Assembly: GCA_963659105.1 (NCBI GenBank)
Contig: CAVKTQ010000001.1
Location: forward strand, 1 to 37,004
DNA length: 37,004 nt
Direction: 5' to 3'
Origin: Firmicutes bacterium CAG:238
GTDB lineage: Bacteria > Bacillota > Clostridia > Christensenellales > CAG-917
The notes under the pieces were generated by a model. It was not told where the DNA came from. It searched no databases and saw nothing but the letters and a program-made list of their open reading frames with translations. The translations under genes were made by a program, and so were the position numbers. The stretch's first letter is position 1; each line of letters starts with the position of its first letter. Below are positions 7,988 through 15,835 of the stretch, piece by piece.

Positions 7988-9753
7988 ATCGTACACCTGC
8001 CCAGTCTGTTTGCGCCGCAACCGTTGCAGCCTTCGCGGCAGTTTTTGGTGGTCACCGCCTGATACGCGAGTTCGCGCTGTCTAAGCAAATACGATTTGCT
8101 TACGCCCGAATCTATAAATTCCCACGGCAAAGTTTTCTCGAGCGGAATCGCGCCGTAGTAGTCTTCCATTTTAAGTCCGCAATCGGCAAACGCTTGTTGC
8201 CATACGTCCCACTTGAAATGCTCGCTCCACCCGTCAAATTTCGCGCCGAGTTCGTATGCGCGTTCGATGACGTAGGACTGCTTTTTATCTCCTCTTGCCA
8301 ACGCCGCTTCGAGTACGGAAGTTTCTGCGCCGTGCCACGAGAACGTAACGCCTTTTATCTCGCGCAAAAGCCCTCTGAGGTAGTTTTGTTTGCGCTTCAT
8401 CTCGTCCATGGAGATCTGCGCTTCCCATTGGAAAGGCGTGCAGGGCTTGGGAATAAACACCGCGCAACTTACGGATATGCTCAAGCCTCTTTTGGAGCGT
8501 TTTTGCCAGTACAGTTGTTTAAGGCGATTGCAAATTTCCGCAATGCCTCGAATATCCTCGTCCGTTTCGGTGGGAAGTCCCATCATAAAATAGAGTTTTA
8601 TGCTGTCGTACCCAGCCTCGAAAGCAACGGAGATTTTGTCTATTTCTTCTTCTGTGACATTCTTGTTTATGACGTTGCGCAGTCTTTGCGTGCCTGCTTC
8701 GGGCGCAAAGGTGAGCGAACTTCTCCTCGAATTGTTTGCCATATCGGGTTTGAAACTGCTTATTCTCAAACTCGGAAGCGCGAGATTTATGCGCTTTTGT
8801 TTGCAGTATTCGCCAAGTTCGTTTTCGAGTTCTTCAAGCCCCGTATAGTCGCTCGTAGACAGCGAACAAAGGGATATTTCGTTAAAGCCGGTGCTGTCCA
8901 CCATCTCTTTTGCGATTTGCGCGCAACGCTTTGCGCTACGCTCTCTTATGGGGCGATACCAAAATCCTGCCTGACAGAATCTGCAACCGCTTGCGCAACC
9001 GCGATAAAGTTCGAGCGTGGCTCTGTCGTGAACAGCCTCTATGTTCGCAACGAGCGGACGAGTGGGATATTCGGCGTTTTCAAAGTCTTGCACGACGGCT
9101 TTTACGACCTTTTCGCCCTCTTTATGCAACGACGGAACGTATGCGCCTTCCATACCCTTGACTTTTTCGAGAATTTCCGCTTTGGAAAGACCTTGTTCTC
9201 TGCCCTCGGCGACGACTTTGAGTATCGCAATATCCGCGTCCTCTCCCTCGCCAACGAGAATTATGTCGAAAAAGTCCGCAAACGGCTCGGGATTGACCGA
9301 GCAAGGTCCGCCTGCGAGCAAAATAGGATAGGAATCGTCACGGTCTTTGGCTCTGAACGGAATCTGCGCCAAATCCAGCATATACAAAACGTTGGTGTAC
9401 AAAAGTTCGAATCCCACCGAAAAGCCTACGACGGTAAAATCTTTGAGCGGTTTTTTGGTTTCGAGCGATAAAAGCGGAATGTTGTTTTCTTTGAGTTTTT
9501 GCGCAAAATCGGGCGCAGGCGCATAGCAACGCTCTGCGACGTAACCGTCCGTTTTGTTGACGATGTCGTACAAAATCGCCACGCCGAGATTGCTCATACC
9601 GATTTCGTAAAGTTCGGGAAAACAAAAGACCATATCCCCCTTGCGCTTTTTGTTCATATCGGGGATATTCCACTCTCCACCCGCATATCTTGCAGGCTTT
9701 TCCACCTCGCCGAGCAAAGCGAAATATTTTTGTTTGTAATCTTGATTTTGCAT
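7984..9753 (-). CDS. Radical SAM protein, TIGR03960 family (B12-binding-like N-terminus)
   Basis: 589 aa. CxxxCxxC cluster in YRGCASGCRFCQAG. Family-typical N-terminus YAGGEWN. Adjacent to a TIGR03936 gene and rng. Confidence 0.9.
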   Translation of the reverse strand: MQNQDYKQKYFALLGEVEKPARYAGGEWNIPDMNKKRKGDMVFCFPELYEIGMSNLGVAILYDIVNKTDGYVAERCYAPAPDFAQKLKENNIPLLSLETKKPLKDFTVVGFSVGFELLYTNVLYMLDLAQIPFRAKDRDDSYPILLAGGPCSVNPEPFADFFDIILVGEGEDADIAILKVVAEGREQGLSKAEILEKVKGMEGAYVPSLHKEGEKVVKAVVQDFENAEYPTRPLVANIEAVHDRATLELYRGCASGCRFCQAGFWYRPIRERSAKRCAQIAKEMVDSTGFNEISLCSLSTSDYTGLEELENELGEYCKQKRINLALPSLRISSFKPDMANNSRRSSLTFAPEAGTQRLRNVINKNVTEEEIDKISVAFEAGYDSIKLYFMMGLPTETDEDIRGIAEICNRLKQLYWQKRSKRGLSISVSCAVFIPKPCTPFQWEAQISMDEMKRKQNYLRGLLREIKGVTFSWHGAETSVLEAALARGDKKQSYVIERAYELGAKFDGWSEHFKWDVWQQAFADCGLKMEDYYGAIPLEKTLPWEFIDSGVSKSYLLRQRELAYQAVTTKNCREGCNGCGANRLGRCTI

Positions 9754-9807
9754 CGCCGTATCGTAGTTATTTTATTAAGGCTCAAATAATGCTCTTAATA
9801 TTTTTTT

Positions 9808-9865
9808 GGGGTGTGGGGCAACGCCCCGCCCGAAATTATTAATTATTCATTATTAATTATTAATT
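9808..9865 (+). repeat. Family-2 repeat (GC hairpin + AT tract)
   Basis: GGGGTGTGGGGCAACGCCCCGCCCG then AATTATTAATTATTCATTATTAATTATTAATT (9834-9865). The last 6 nt supply the final Asn codon and TAA stop of the ROK gene. Confidence 0.85.
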
Positions 9866-10798
9866 CATGCACAGCGCGGCTGCTCCGATTATACCAGCGT
9901 CGTTTTTGAGAGTTGCGGCAACCACTTTGACTTTTGGCGTATATTCCGCGCCGTACTTGTTTCTCGAGACGTATCTTTGCAAAGGCTTGATGATGTTGTC
10001 GCCTTGATTGGAGATTCCGCCGCCGATGATTATGACTTCGGGCGCAAAGATGTTGGCGTAGTTGACAAGACCTATGCCGACGTACTTGATGTAGCGTTTG
10101 ACAACCGCAATCGCCACTTTATCTCCCTCTTTTGCGCAATCAAACACGATTTTGCCGCTGTTGCCGTTTTCCTCTACCTCTTTTGCAAGCAAACTGTCGG
10201 GGTGCTTTTCGCAAGCGGATTGAATCTGATTCATAAGCGCGGTTGCCGAAGCGTACGCTTCGTAGCAACCCTTCTTTCCGCAGCCGCAAGTCGCGCCGCC
10301 GAGATTTATCGTTATATGTCCGCCTTCCGCACCTGCCGAGCGATTGCCTGTAATAAGTCTGCCGTCGGCGATTATGCCCGTGCCTACGCCCGTGCCGAGC
10401 GTAACCATAACGGAATTTTTCGCGCCCTCACCCGCGCCGAAAAGCGTTTCGCCGAGTGCGGCGCAGTTTGCGTCGTTTGAAAGTTTTACGTTCTTAATCT
10501 GCGTTTTTTCGGCAATCATTTTTGCCATAGGCGTGTTGCGAAAATTGATGTTGCACGCATAGCGCACAATGCCTTTTTCGTCGTAAATAGACCCGGGGCA
10601 GCCTATGCCGACGCCCTCGATTTCCTCTTTGCAATCCTTTGTCAAATCTTCGATGAGATTTGCGATGTCCTGCACGATGAGATAATCCTCTTTTCCGGGG
10701 GATGTAACCACGACTTTTCTTGCGAGAATATTGCCCTTTTCGTCGACGATGCCGCCCTTTATGGTCATACCGCCGATGTCGATGCCAACGTATTTCAT
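9860..10798 (-). CDS. ROK family sugar kinase (glucokinase-like)
   Basis: 312 aa. N-terminal GIDIGGMTIKGG ATP motif and ROK zinc motif CGCGKKGCYEAYAS. SD GAGG 7 nt upstream. Confidence 0.85.
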   Translation of the reverse strand: MKYVGIDIGGMTIKGGIVDEKGNILARKVVVTSPGKEDYLIVQDIANLIEDLTKDCKEEIEGVGIGCPGSIYDEKGIVRYACNINFRNTPMAKMIAEKTQIKNVKLSNDANCAALGETLFGAGEGAKNSVMVTLGTGVGTGIIADGRLITGNRSAGAEGGHITINLGGATCGCGKKGCYEAYASATALMNQIQSACEKHPDSLLAKEVEENGNSGKIVFDCAKEGDKVAIAVVKRYIKYVGIGLVNYANIFAPEVIIIGGGISNQGDNIIKPLQRYVSRNKYGAEYTPKVKVVAATLKNDAGIIGAAALCMN

Positions 10799-10826
10799 AA
10801 AAACGCCTCGATATTTATTATTATGT

Positions 10827-10855
10827 ATTTTATTATATAGTTATATAAAAGTCAA
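10827..10855 (-). promoter_or_regulatory. Putative sigma-A promoter of the ROK kinase gene
   Basis: On the minus strand: TTGACT (10850-10855), 17 nt, TAAAAT (10827-10832). Confidence 0.4.
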
Positions 10856-10885
10856 GAAAACGAAAATCGGAATCGTTTGAAGGGG

Positions 10886-13228
10886 CTATGCAATCGTAAA
10901 TTCCAATACGTTTTCGCCCTGTTGCAACTCAAGAACGCAATATCCGCTTTCGTCCGCCGCAACAGTCTCATTGTTGAAGACGACGTTTTGACCTTTGATT
11001 ATCAGTTGACCGCCGTCGAGATCGGTTGTGACGACAACCATTTGTCTGTTGTCGTCCAAACGAGCGGCAACGACTGTGATTTTCTTGTTTTCCGAGGGTT
11101 CGATTGTTTGACAAAAATCCCTAAGATAGGAAAAATCGGGCTTGACGGAATAAGTCGCATATCCGTCGGACGTGGGATTTATGCCCGTCACATACTTCGA
11201 AATGACCGAGAGAGTGCCGCCCGACCAAGCGTGATTTTTTGTTCCGACGTTTTTGTCCCACGATTCCCAAAGAGTGGTATAGTCGTCGCCTATCATATCC
11301 GAATATCTTTCTTTTGCTCTTGTCAAAGCGAGGTCAACCCTACCCAAAGCGCACAACGCTTCCTCCACATATTTTTCCATATACGGAGAACTGTTCCTTT
11401 TTGAAAACAGCATTTGCGCCAATTCCTCGGATTTTGTTTCGTCGTACAAACCCGACAAAACCGCTATCGCGTTGCCTCTGTCGTCGGCTTTCTTTCCGCT
11501 CTTGTATCCGTCCGACGAATAGAATCGCGCAAACGCCGTTTTTATGGAAGCCGATCTGTCCTTGCAAAAGGCAGCGAACTCTTGCTCGCCGAGAGCGGTT
11601 GCAAGCGGCTCGATTTTCGTCAAGGCATAATAGTACCATGCGTTTTCAAGCACCGTCATATCGACGTTGCTGCCCCAATCTCCCCAATCCCAAGAGCCTT
11701 TTCTATGGACGATAAGTCCGTCTTCCATATTCCAAAGTTTGAGATAGCCTTTTGCCATGGAGAGGATTATCGGCTCAACCGACGTATCGCCCGTGTATCT
11801 GACATAATCTGTGCAACCGACCAAAAAAGCGAGGTTCTGCACGGGCAGTTCGTATGCCTCTACGCCGTCGGGAACGACGGTTTGAATCACTCCGTCCGCA
11901 TGCGTCCAGCCGTATGTGGACAAAATCGCCTTTTTGAACAGCGCCGCACTTGAGGGCGACGTCGAATAGTAACTCATTTCGCTTTCGATAACCGCGTCGC
12001 CGATCCACTGCGCGCGCTCTCTGTCGGGACAATCCATATATGTGTCGCGCATGGTTATGAGCAGCGTGTTGATCGATTTTTGCCAAAGCGTGTTCAACGC
12101 CTCGTCCGAGCAGGAAAAATCGTCATAGAGCGCGTCCGTTCTGTATCCCGTTCGCCTGTACCCAACGCTTTTGAGAGTGATTCCCTTGTCGAAAGTCACG
12201 ATGAGAGTTTCGCCGCTCAGCCATGCAAAATCGGTAAATTCGTTTTCGCCTTTGACGGCGGTATATTTGTTTTTGTAATTAAGTTTGCGATTTTCGGTGT
12301 AATAGGTGATTTTTCTGCCGTCCTTGTCCGAAACGAATTCGAAATACGGACAGAACTGCGTATTTATGCCCAAATCGAAACGCAAAGTCGTTCTCTTAGA
12401 AAAAGTTTTGTTTTGTTCGATTTCAAATTCGACAACGTCGTCCGCATACTTCAAGGGCAGCGGATTGAGAAAACTTTTGCCGAAGCATTTGCTTTCCTCT
12501 TGCGAAAGGACGACGACGTTGCTCCAATCGTCCGTTGGATAATCGGGATTCCAAAACTCAAAATAATTTTCGCCGCGGATGTCGCTTCCCCTCTCGCTCA
12601 AACGGAAATTCAAGTTGTTGAAAAAGCCCGTGAACGCATTGTATTCGTAGGCAAATTTTTTTCCTTTCCAATCTGCGTCGGTGCAGAAGTCCTTATCGCC
12701 GATTTTGCCCTGAATCAGCAGTCCGCCGCGTCCCGAATCTTTGTGCGAATAGCCGTCGTCGCCCAAGTGCCGCACGAGAACGGCTATGCGATTGTTGCCT
12801 TTTTTGAACAAGTTGTCGACTTTGACGCTGTCATAGTAGCCGTCCGTCGGGGTGATTCCTCTTTTCAACGAGCCTTCCCAAACGACTTCCTCGCCGTTGA
12901 CCCACAGCCAGTAATATGTGTCGCAAGTGATGTCAAAGGACGCGTCGGGTTCGTCGTTTTCGAGATATACGTCCTTGACAAACGCCGCCCAAACGGCAGT
13001 TCCGTCCTCGTCTATCCAAACGTACGGACTTGTGAACTCCTCTCGAAATTCGAGATATTCTCTGTCCGTTGCGTACACCGTTTTGTCGTGTACGTTGAAT
13101 GCTCCCACGCCAAACTTCGAGCAGGCGTAAAGACTTAAACCGAGAATGGTTCCCACAATCGCCGTGACCACGACGACTATGATGATGATTTTTGCTTTTT
13201 TGCTTAATTTGCGATGAGCGCGCGCCAT
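10886..13228 (-). CDS. Membrane-anchored GH78-like glycoside hydrolase (alpha-L-rhamnosidase family)
   Basis: ATG at 13226-13228 preceded by GGGGGAA; the ORF-track start at 13246 is TTG. N-terminal TM (KIIIIVVVVTAIVGTILGLSLY). YYWLWVNGEEVVWEG (rhamnosidase N-domain-like) and MDCPDRERAQWIGD (GH78 six-hairpin core motif). Confidence 0.7.
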   Translation of the reverse strand: MARAHRKLSKKAKIIIIVVVVTAIVGTILGLSLYACSKFGVGAFNVHDKTVYATDREYLEFREEFTSPYVWIDEDGTAVWAAFVKDVYLENDEPDASFDITCDTYYWLWVNGEEVVWEGSLKRGITPTDGYYDSVKVDNLFKKGNNRIAVLVRHLGDDGYSHKDSGRGGLLIQGKIGDKDFCTDADWKGKKFAYEYNAFTGFFNNLNFRLSERGSDIRGENYFEFWNPDYPTDDWSNVVVLSQEESKCFGKSFLNPLPLKYADDVVEFEIEQNKTFSKRTTLRFDLGINTQFCPYFEFVSDKDGRKITYYTENRKLNYKNKYTAVKGENEFTDFAWLSGETLIVTFDKGITLKSVGYRRTGYRTDALYDDFSCSDEALNTLWQKSINTLLITMRDTYMDCPDRERAQWIGDAVIESEMSYYSTSPSSAALFKKAILSTYGWTHADGVIQTVVPDGVEAYELPVQNLAFLVGCTDYVRYTGDTSVEPIILSMAKGYLKLWNMEDGLIVHRKGSWDWGDWGSNVDMTVLENAWYYYALTKIEPLATALGEQEFAAFCKDRSASIKTAFARFYSSDGYKSGKKADDRGNAIAVLSGLYDETKSEELAQMLFSKRNSSPYMEKYVEEALCALGRVDLALTRAKERYSDMIGDDYTTLWESWDKNVGTKNHAWSGGTLSVISKYVTGINPTSDGYATYSVKPDFSYLRDFCQTIEPSENKKITVVAARLDDNRQMVVVTTDLDGGQLIIKGQNVVFNNETVAADESGYCVLELQQGENVLEFTIA

Positions 13229-13448
13229 AAAATTCCCCCGCGACAACGGAATTCAAAACGCGCATATGTTGCCGTTTTTGCTCCGAAAGTGCCGTACAAA
13301 TACATTATAAACCACCCCGATAAGTTGTCAAGAAAATCTTATTTCTGCGCACGCTTGCGTGGAATTGTTCTTTTGGGCAGTGATATTACGCATAGCGCAA
13401 GTGATATTGGGACGTTGCCGCAGTTGCGGAAAATTAAATATTCCACAA

Positions 13449-13556
13449 CCCAAACGAAGTTTGGATATCATCGTGCAAAAATGCACGATATCATCACGAC
13501 GTGATATCATCGCCGCAGGCGATATCATTAATAGCGTAATATGGGGAAAGGTTAAT
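13449..13556 (+). repeat. Family-1 hairpin-comb repeat, complete copy
   Basis: CCCAAACGAAGTTTGGATATCATCGTGCAaaaaTGCACGATATCATCACgacGTGATATCATCGCCgcaGGCGATATCATTAATAGCGTAATATGGGGAAAGGTTAATT. The tail overlaps the stop codon (13552-13554) of the M50 protease gene. Confidence 0.9.
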
Positions 13557-14382
13557 TTTTGTTGTTTTGCAGCGCTTTGCCTATCATCGCAGTAAGTTTA
13601 TTTTTTACTGCGATATCTTTCAAATCCTGCTCGGATAGGGTGCGAAGTATCTTTCCGTCCTCGCCGACGACATCGAACGTGGTTTTGCTTTGTCTGCCGA
13701 CGTAATGGAACAATCTGAGTACGGGCGTATCGCAAGATATTTCCACGCGTTTGAGTTCTACGCCCAAAGAATAGTTTTTGCACGCCACGTCAAGCACGCT
13801 CGAATAGGTTTCGTCCTTACTTGCGAACGTCGCGCCGTAAAAGAGGAACACCGCCATTATGCCGAACGTGAAATTGAGTCCGAAAAAGAATGAACCGACG
13901 AAAAGTCCCAAAAACAAAAAAGAGCAAACTATGCCTGCAATCTGCAACCCCTTGACCGCCTTGACCTTGTTTTTGCAAAATCCGAGAACCACCCTCGAAC
14001 CGTCGAGAGGATACACGGGCAATAGATTGAACAAGCCGAGCGACAGATTTGCGTAAAGGAAGGAAATCGTATAAGGGTACGCCGACGGGAACAGCCACCA
14101 AAGACCGAGCGTGACGAGCGCAAGCAAAAGATTGCACAAAGGTCCTGCAAGACCTATAAGCACGCTCGACGTTTTGTCGAAGTTTTCGCCTGCGCTCATC
14201 ATTGCCCCGTACGGCAAAAGCGTCATTTGTTTTACGACGTATCCTCTTGCCCTCGCCATAAGCGCGTGCGCGCTTTCGTGAAAGAGCAAAGCAAGCATAG
14301 TCCATACGAAATCAAGCGCGTGTCCGAACGCAATGAGCGCAAGGGCAAGCGCGAAAAAAAGAGGATTAACCTTGAATTTCAT
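13552..14382 (-). CDS. M50 family site-2 metalloprotease, SpoIVFB-like
   Basis: HESAH (HExxH) in a TM helix and NLLPVYPLDGSRV (NxxPxxxLDG). ATG at 14380-14382 with SD AGAGG; the track start at 14406 is TTG. Position downstream of minD/minE mirrors B. subtilis spoIVF. Confidence 0.85.
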   Translation of the reverse strand: MKFKVNPLFFALALALIAFGHALDFVWTMLALLFHESAHALMARARGYVVKQMTLLPYGAMMSAGENFDKTSSVLIGLAGPLCNLLLALVTLGLWWLFPSAYPYTISFLYANLSLGLFNLLPVYPLDGSRVVLGFCKNKVKAVKGLQIAGIVCSFLFLGLFVGSFFFGLNFTFGIMAVFLFYGATFASKDETYSSVLDVACKNYSLGVELKRVEISCDTPVLRLFHYVGRQSKTTFDVVGEDGKILRTLSEQDLKDIAVKNKLTAMIGKALQNNKN

Positions 14383-14402
14383 AAGGATAACCTCTTGTTT
14401 TG

Positions 14403-14639
14403 TCAAATGGAAGAAATTATGCTTGAAATGCCCGACAACGTTTCCACGATGGAAGTCGCTCTGAAAATGTTTGCAAACAAGAAGCCGAGCGACACGAAAA
14501 CGCCGATTGCCACGGGTATGATTGCAACGTCGAGAGCGTCCAGAACGCCTTTCTTTTTGCGCTTTTTGTTGACGCGATTTTCAACGAAATTGTTTTGAGA
14601 GATTTCTACGTCGAGTTTTTTGCTTTCATCAAATTCCAT
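14403..14639 (-). CDS. Small single-pass membrane protein of unknown function
   Basis: ATG at 14637-14639 preceded by GAGGTGG; the track start at 14696 is TTG. 78 aa with a basic patch (KKRKKKG) then a TM helix (VAIIPVAIGVFVSLGFLFANIF). Stop is 20 nt from the M50 start. Confidence 0.6.
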   Translation of the reverse strand: MEFDESKKLDVEISQNNFVENRVNKKRKKKGVLDALDVAIIPVAIGVFVSLGFLFANIFRATSIVETLSGISSIISSI

Positions 14640-14714
14640 ATTTGCCACCTCGCATTTACCATATTCTTGCAAGGTGCAAAATATAACTTTTTTCAAAAAA
14701 CTTGCGCCGCGTTT

Positions 14715-14966
14715 TCAGTATCTCGGCATATCGAGCGTGGTTTGAAATTGCTTCACCCTCGTTGCGTTTGCCTCTATCGTGATTTTGTACACCCCTCTTT
14801 CGTTTTGCGCGACGTCGATTTTGGCGCGACCGTCAAGCGAAAAATAATCGCCCAGCACGTTGTTCAAGTCGTTTTCGAGCGCGGTTGAAAAGCCTTCTTT
14901 TATGCCCACTTTGTCGCGCGTGAGCATATCTCTCATTCTGCTTGCAATCTGTTTGGACGCTTTCAT
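14715..14966 (-). CDS. minE: Cell division topological specificity factor MinE-like
   Basis: 83 aa. ATG at 14964-14966 overlaps the minD stop as ATGA. The ASRMRDMLTRDK...LENDLNNVLGDYFSLDG...IDV pattern parallels clostridial MinE (AKDRLKLILIHDR...ILEVISKYV). Confidence 0.7.
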   Translation of the reverse strand: MKASKQIASRMRDMLTRDKVGIKEGFSTALENDLNNVLGDYFSLDGRAKIDVAQNERGVYKITIEANATRVKQFQTTLDMPRY

Positions 14967-15712
14967 CTGAACCACCTCAATCGCCTTTTTGGCGCAATAT
15001 CCACGAAAACTTTGCTGTTTTGCGCCACGTTTTTGGCAAGCACGTCGTATGCGCGGTTGGATATTGCGTGTTGCGGAATCGTGCCGAGTTGCTGATACAA
15101 CGTTATCATATCGTCGTCGGGAATCACGCCTATCGCCGCAACGTGAAGAAGGGAACTTATCTCGCTTGCGCCGAGCATTTCGCCCCTTGCAATCATATCC
15201 GCGCGCACCCTGTTTACCACGAGCGAAATGTCTTTCAGTCGATAACTTGCAAGCAGACTTATCACTTTGTCCGCGTCTCTGATTGCCGAAGCGGACGGCG
15301 TTGTAACCACGAGCGCTTCCTCGCACGCCGAAACCGCCCTATGGAAGCCGTGTTCTATGCCAGCAGGACAATCGACAAACACGAAATCGAACTCGCTCAA
15401 ACTGTCCACTACCCCTCGAAACGCTTGCGCCGTGATTGCGTTGCAATCTCTCGACGACGGAAGAATTTTCATCGGACTTTCCGCGTCGCTTACAAGGGCT
15501 TGAAACGTCCTGCACCGCCCTTGCAACACGTCGCTTATGTCGTACACCACCCGTCTTTCGATGCCCGTCACGACGTCGAGATTGTTGAGTCCGACGTCGC
15601 CGTCCACAAGCACGACGTTGAATCCCGACAAAGCCAGTTTTCTGCCGAGAGTTGCGGTTACGGTGGTTTTCCCGACGCCGCCCTTACCCGAAGTAACAAC
15701 GATTTTTCTCAT
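14963..15712 (-). CDS. minD: Septum site-determining ATPase MinD
   Basis: 249 aa. Deviant Walker A SGKGGVGKTT, then VLVDGDVGLNNLD. Confidence 0.9.
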   Translation of the reverse strand: MRKIVVTSGKGGVGKTTVTATLGRKLALSGFNVVLVDGDVGLNNLDVVTGIERRVVYDISDVLQGRCRTFQALVSDAESPMKILPSSRDCNAITAQAFRGVVDSLSEFDFVFVDCPAGIEHGFHRAVSACEEALVVTTPSASAIRDADKVISLLASYRLKDISLVVNRVRADMIARGEMLGASEISSLLHVAAIGVIPDDDMITLYQQLGTIPQHAISNRAYDVLAKNVAQNSKVFVDIAPKRRLRWFR

Positions 15713-15720
15713 ATTCCCAT

Positions 15721-15755
15721 AATAAAAAACAGACGCCGCAAGAGGATGTCTGTTT
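15721..15755 (-). terminator. Terminator-like hairpin + T-run immediately upstream of minD
   Basis: On the minus strand: AAACAGAC, 13-nt loop, GTCTGTTT, followed by TTTTATTAT. It ends 8 nt before the minD ATG. The stem is weak (3 GC pairs). Confidence 0.35.
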
Positions 15756-15780
15756 CTGCCGATTTTGGATTTTCTTTGTC

Positions 15781-15825
15781 AAAAAAAGTTATGATTGCGG
15801 CAAACAAGTTGAGTTTGCCGCAATC
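15781..15825 (-). terminator. Rho-independent terminator of the lipoprotein gene
   Basis: Perfect 13-bp stem GATTGCGGCAAAC/GTTTGCCGCAATC (15793-15805/15813-15825), 7-nt loop. On the minus strand it is followed by ATAAC + T7. Confidence 0.7.
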
Positions 15826-15835
15826 ATCCGAAACG

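Noticed and set aside
8194-9471. Very long ORFs antisense to real genes: 8194-9471 (+), 12080-13138 (+), 14942-15910 (+), 18815-20209 (+), 22403-23449 (+), 24862-25875 (+), 27259-28488 (-) and 29845-30642 (-).
   Set aside because: Their translations are Arg/Phe/Val/Cys-rich and low in information. They carry no recognisable motifs, no SD-linked starts (many begin at non-ATG codons), and each lies exactly opposite a well-supported gene. This is typical of stop-codon depletion on the antisense strand.
9815-9827. Family-2 GC hairpins as intrinsic terminators.
   Set aside because: None is followed by a T-run on either strand (for example GCCCC then GCCCGAAATT, and on the other strand ACACCCCAAAAAAA). 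Separate canonical terminators exist nearby, at 2611-2634 and 31384-31416.
13449-13556. Integron attC site or gene-cassette interpretation of the imperfect palindromes.
   Set aside because: The terminal arms (CCCAAAC / GTTTGG) do not fit the RYYYAAC / GTTRRRY core sites. There is no integrase, and the neighbouring genes are core housekeeping genes rather than promoterless cassettes.
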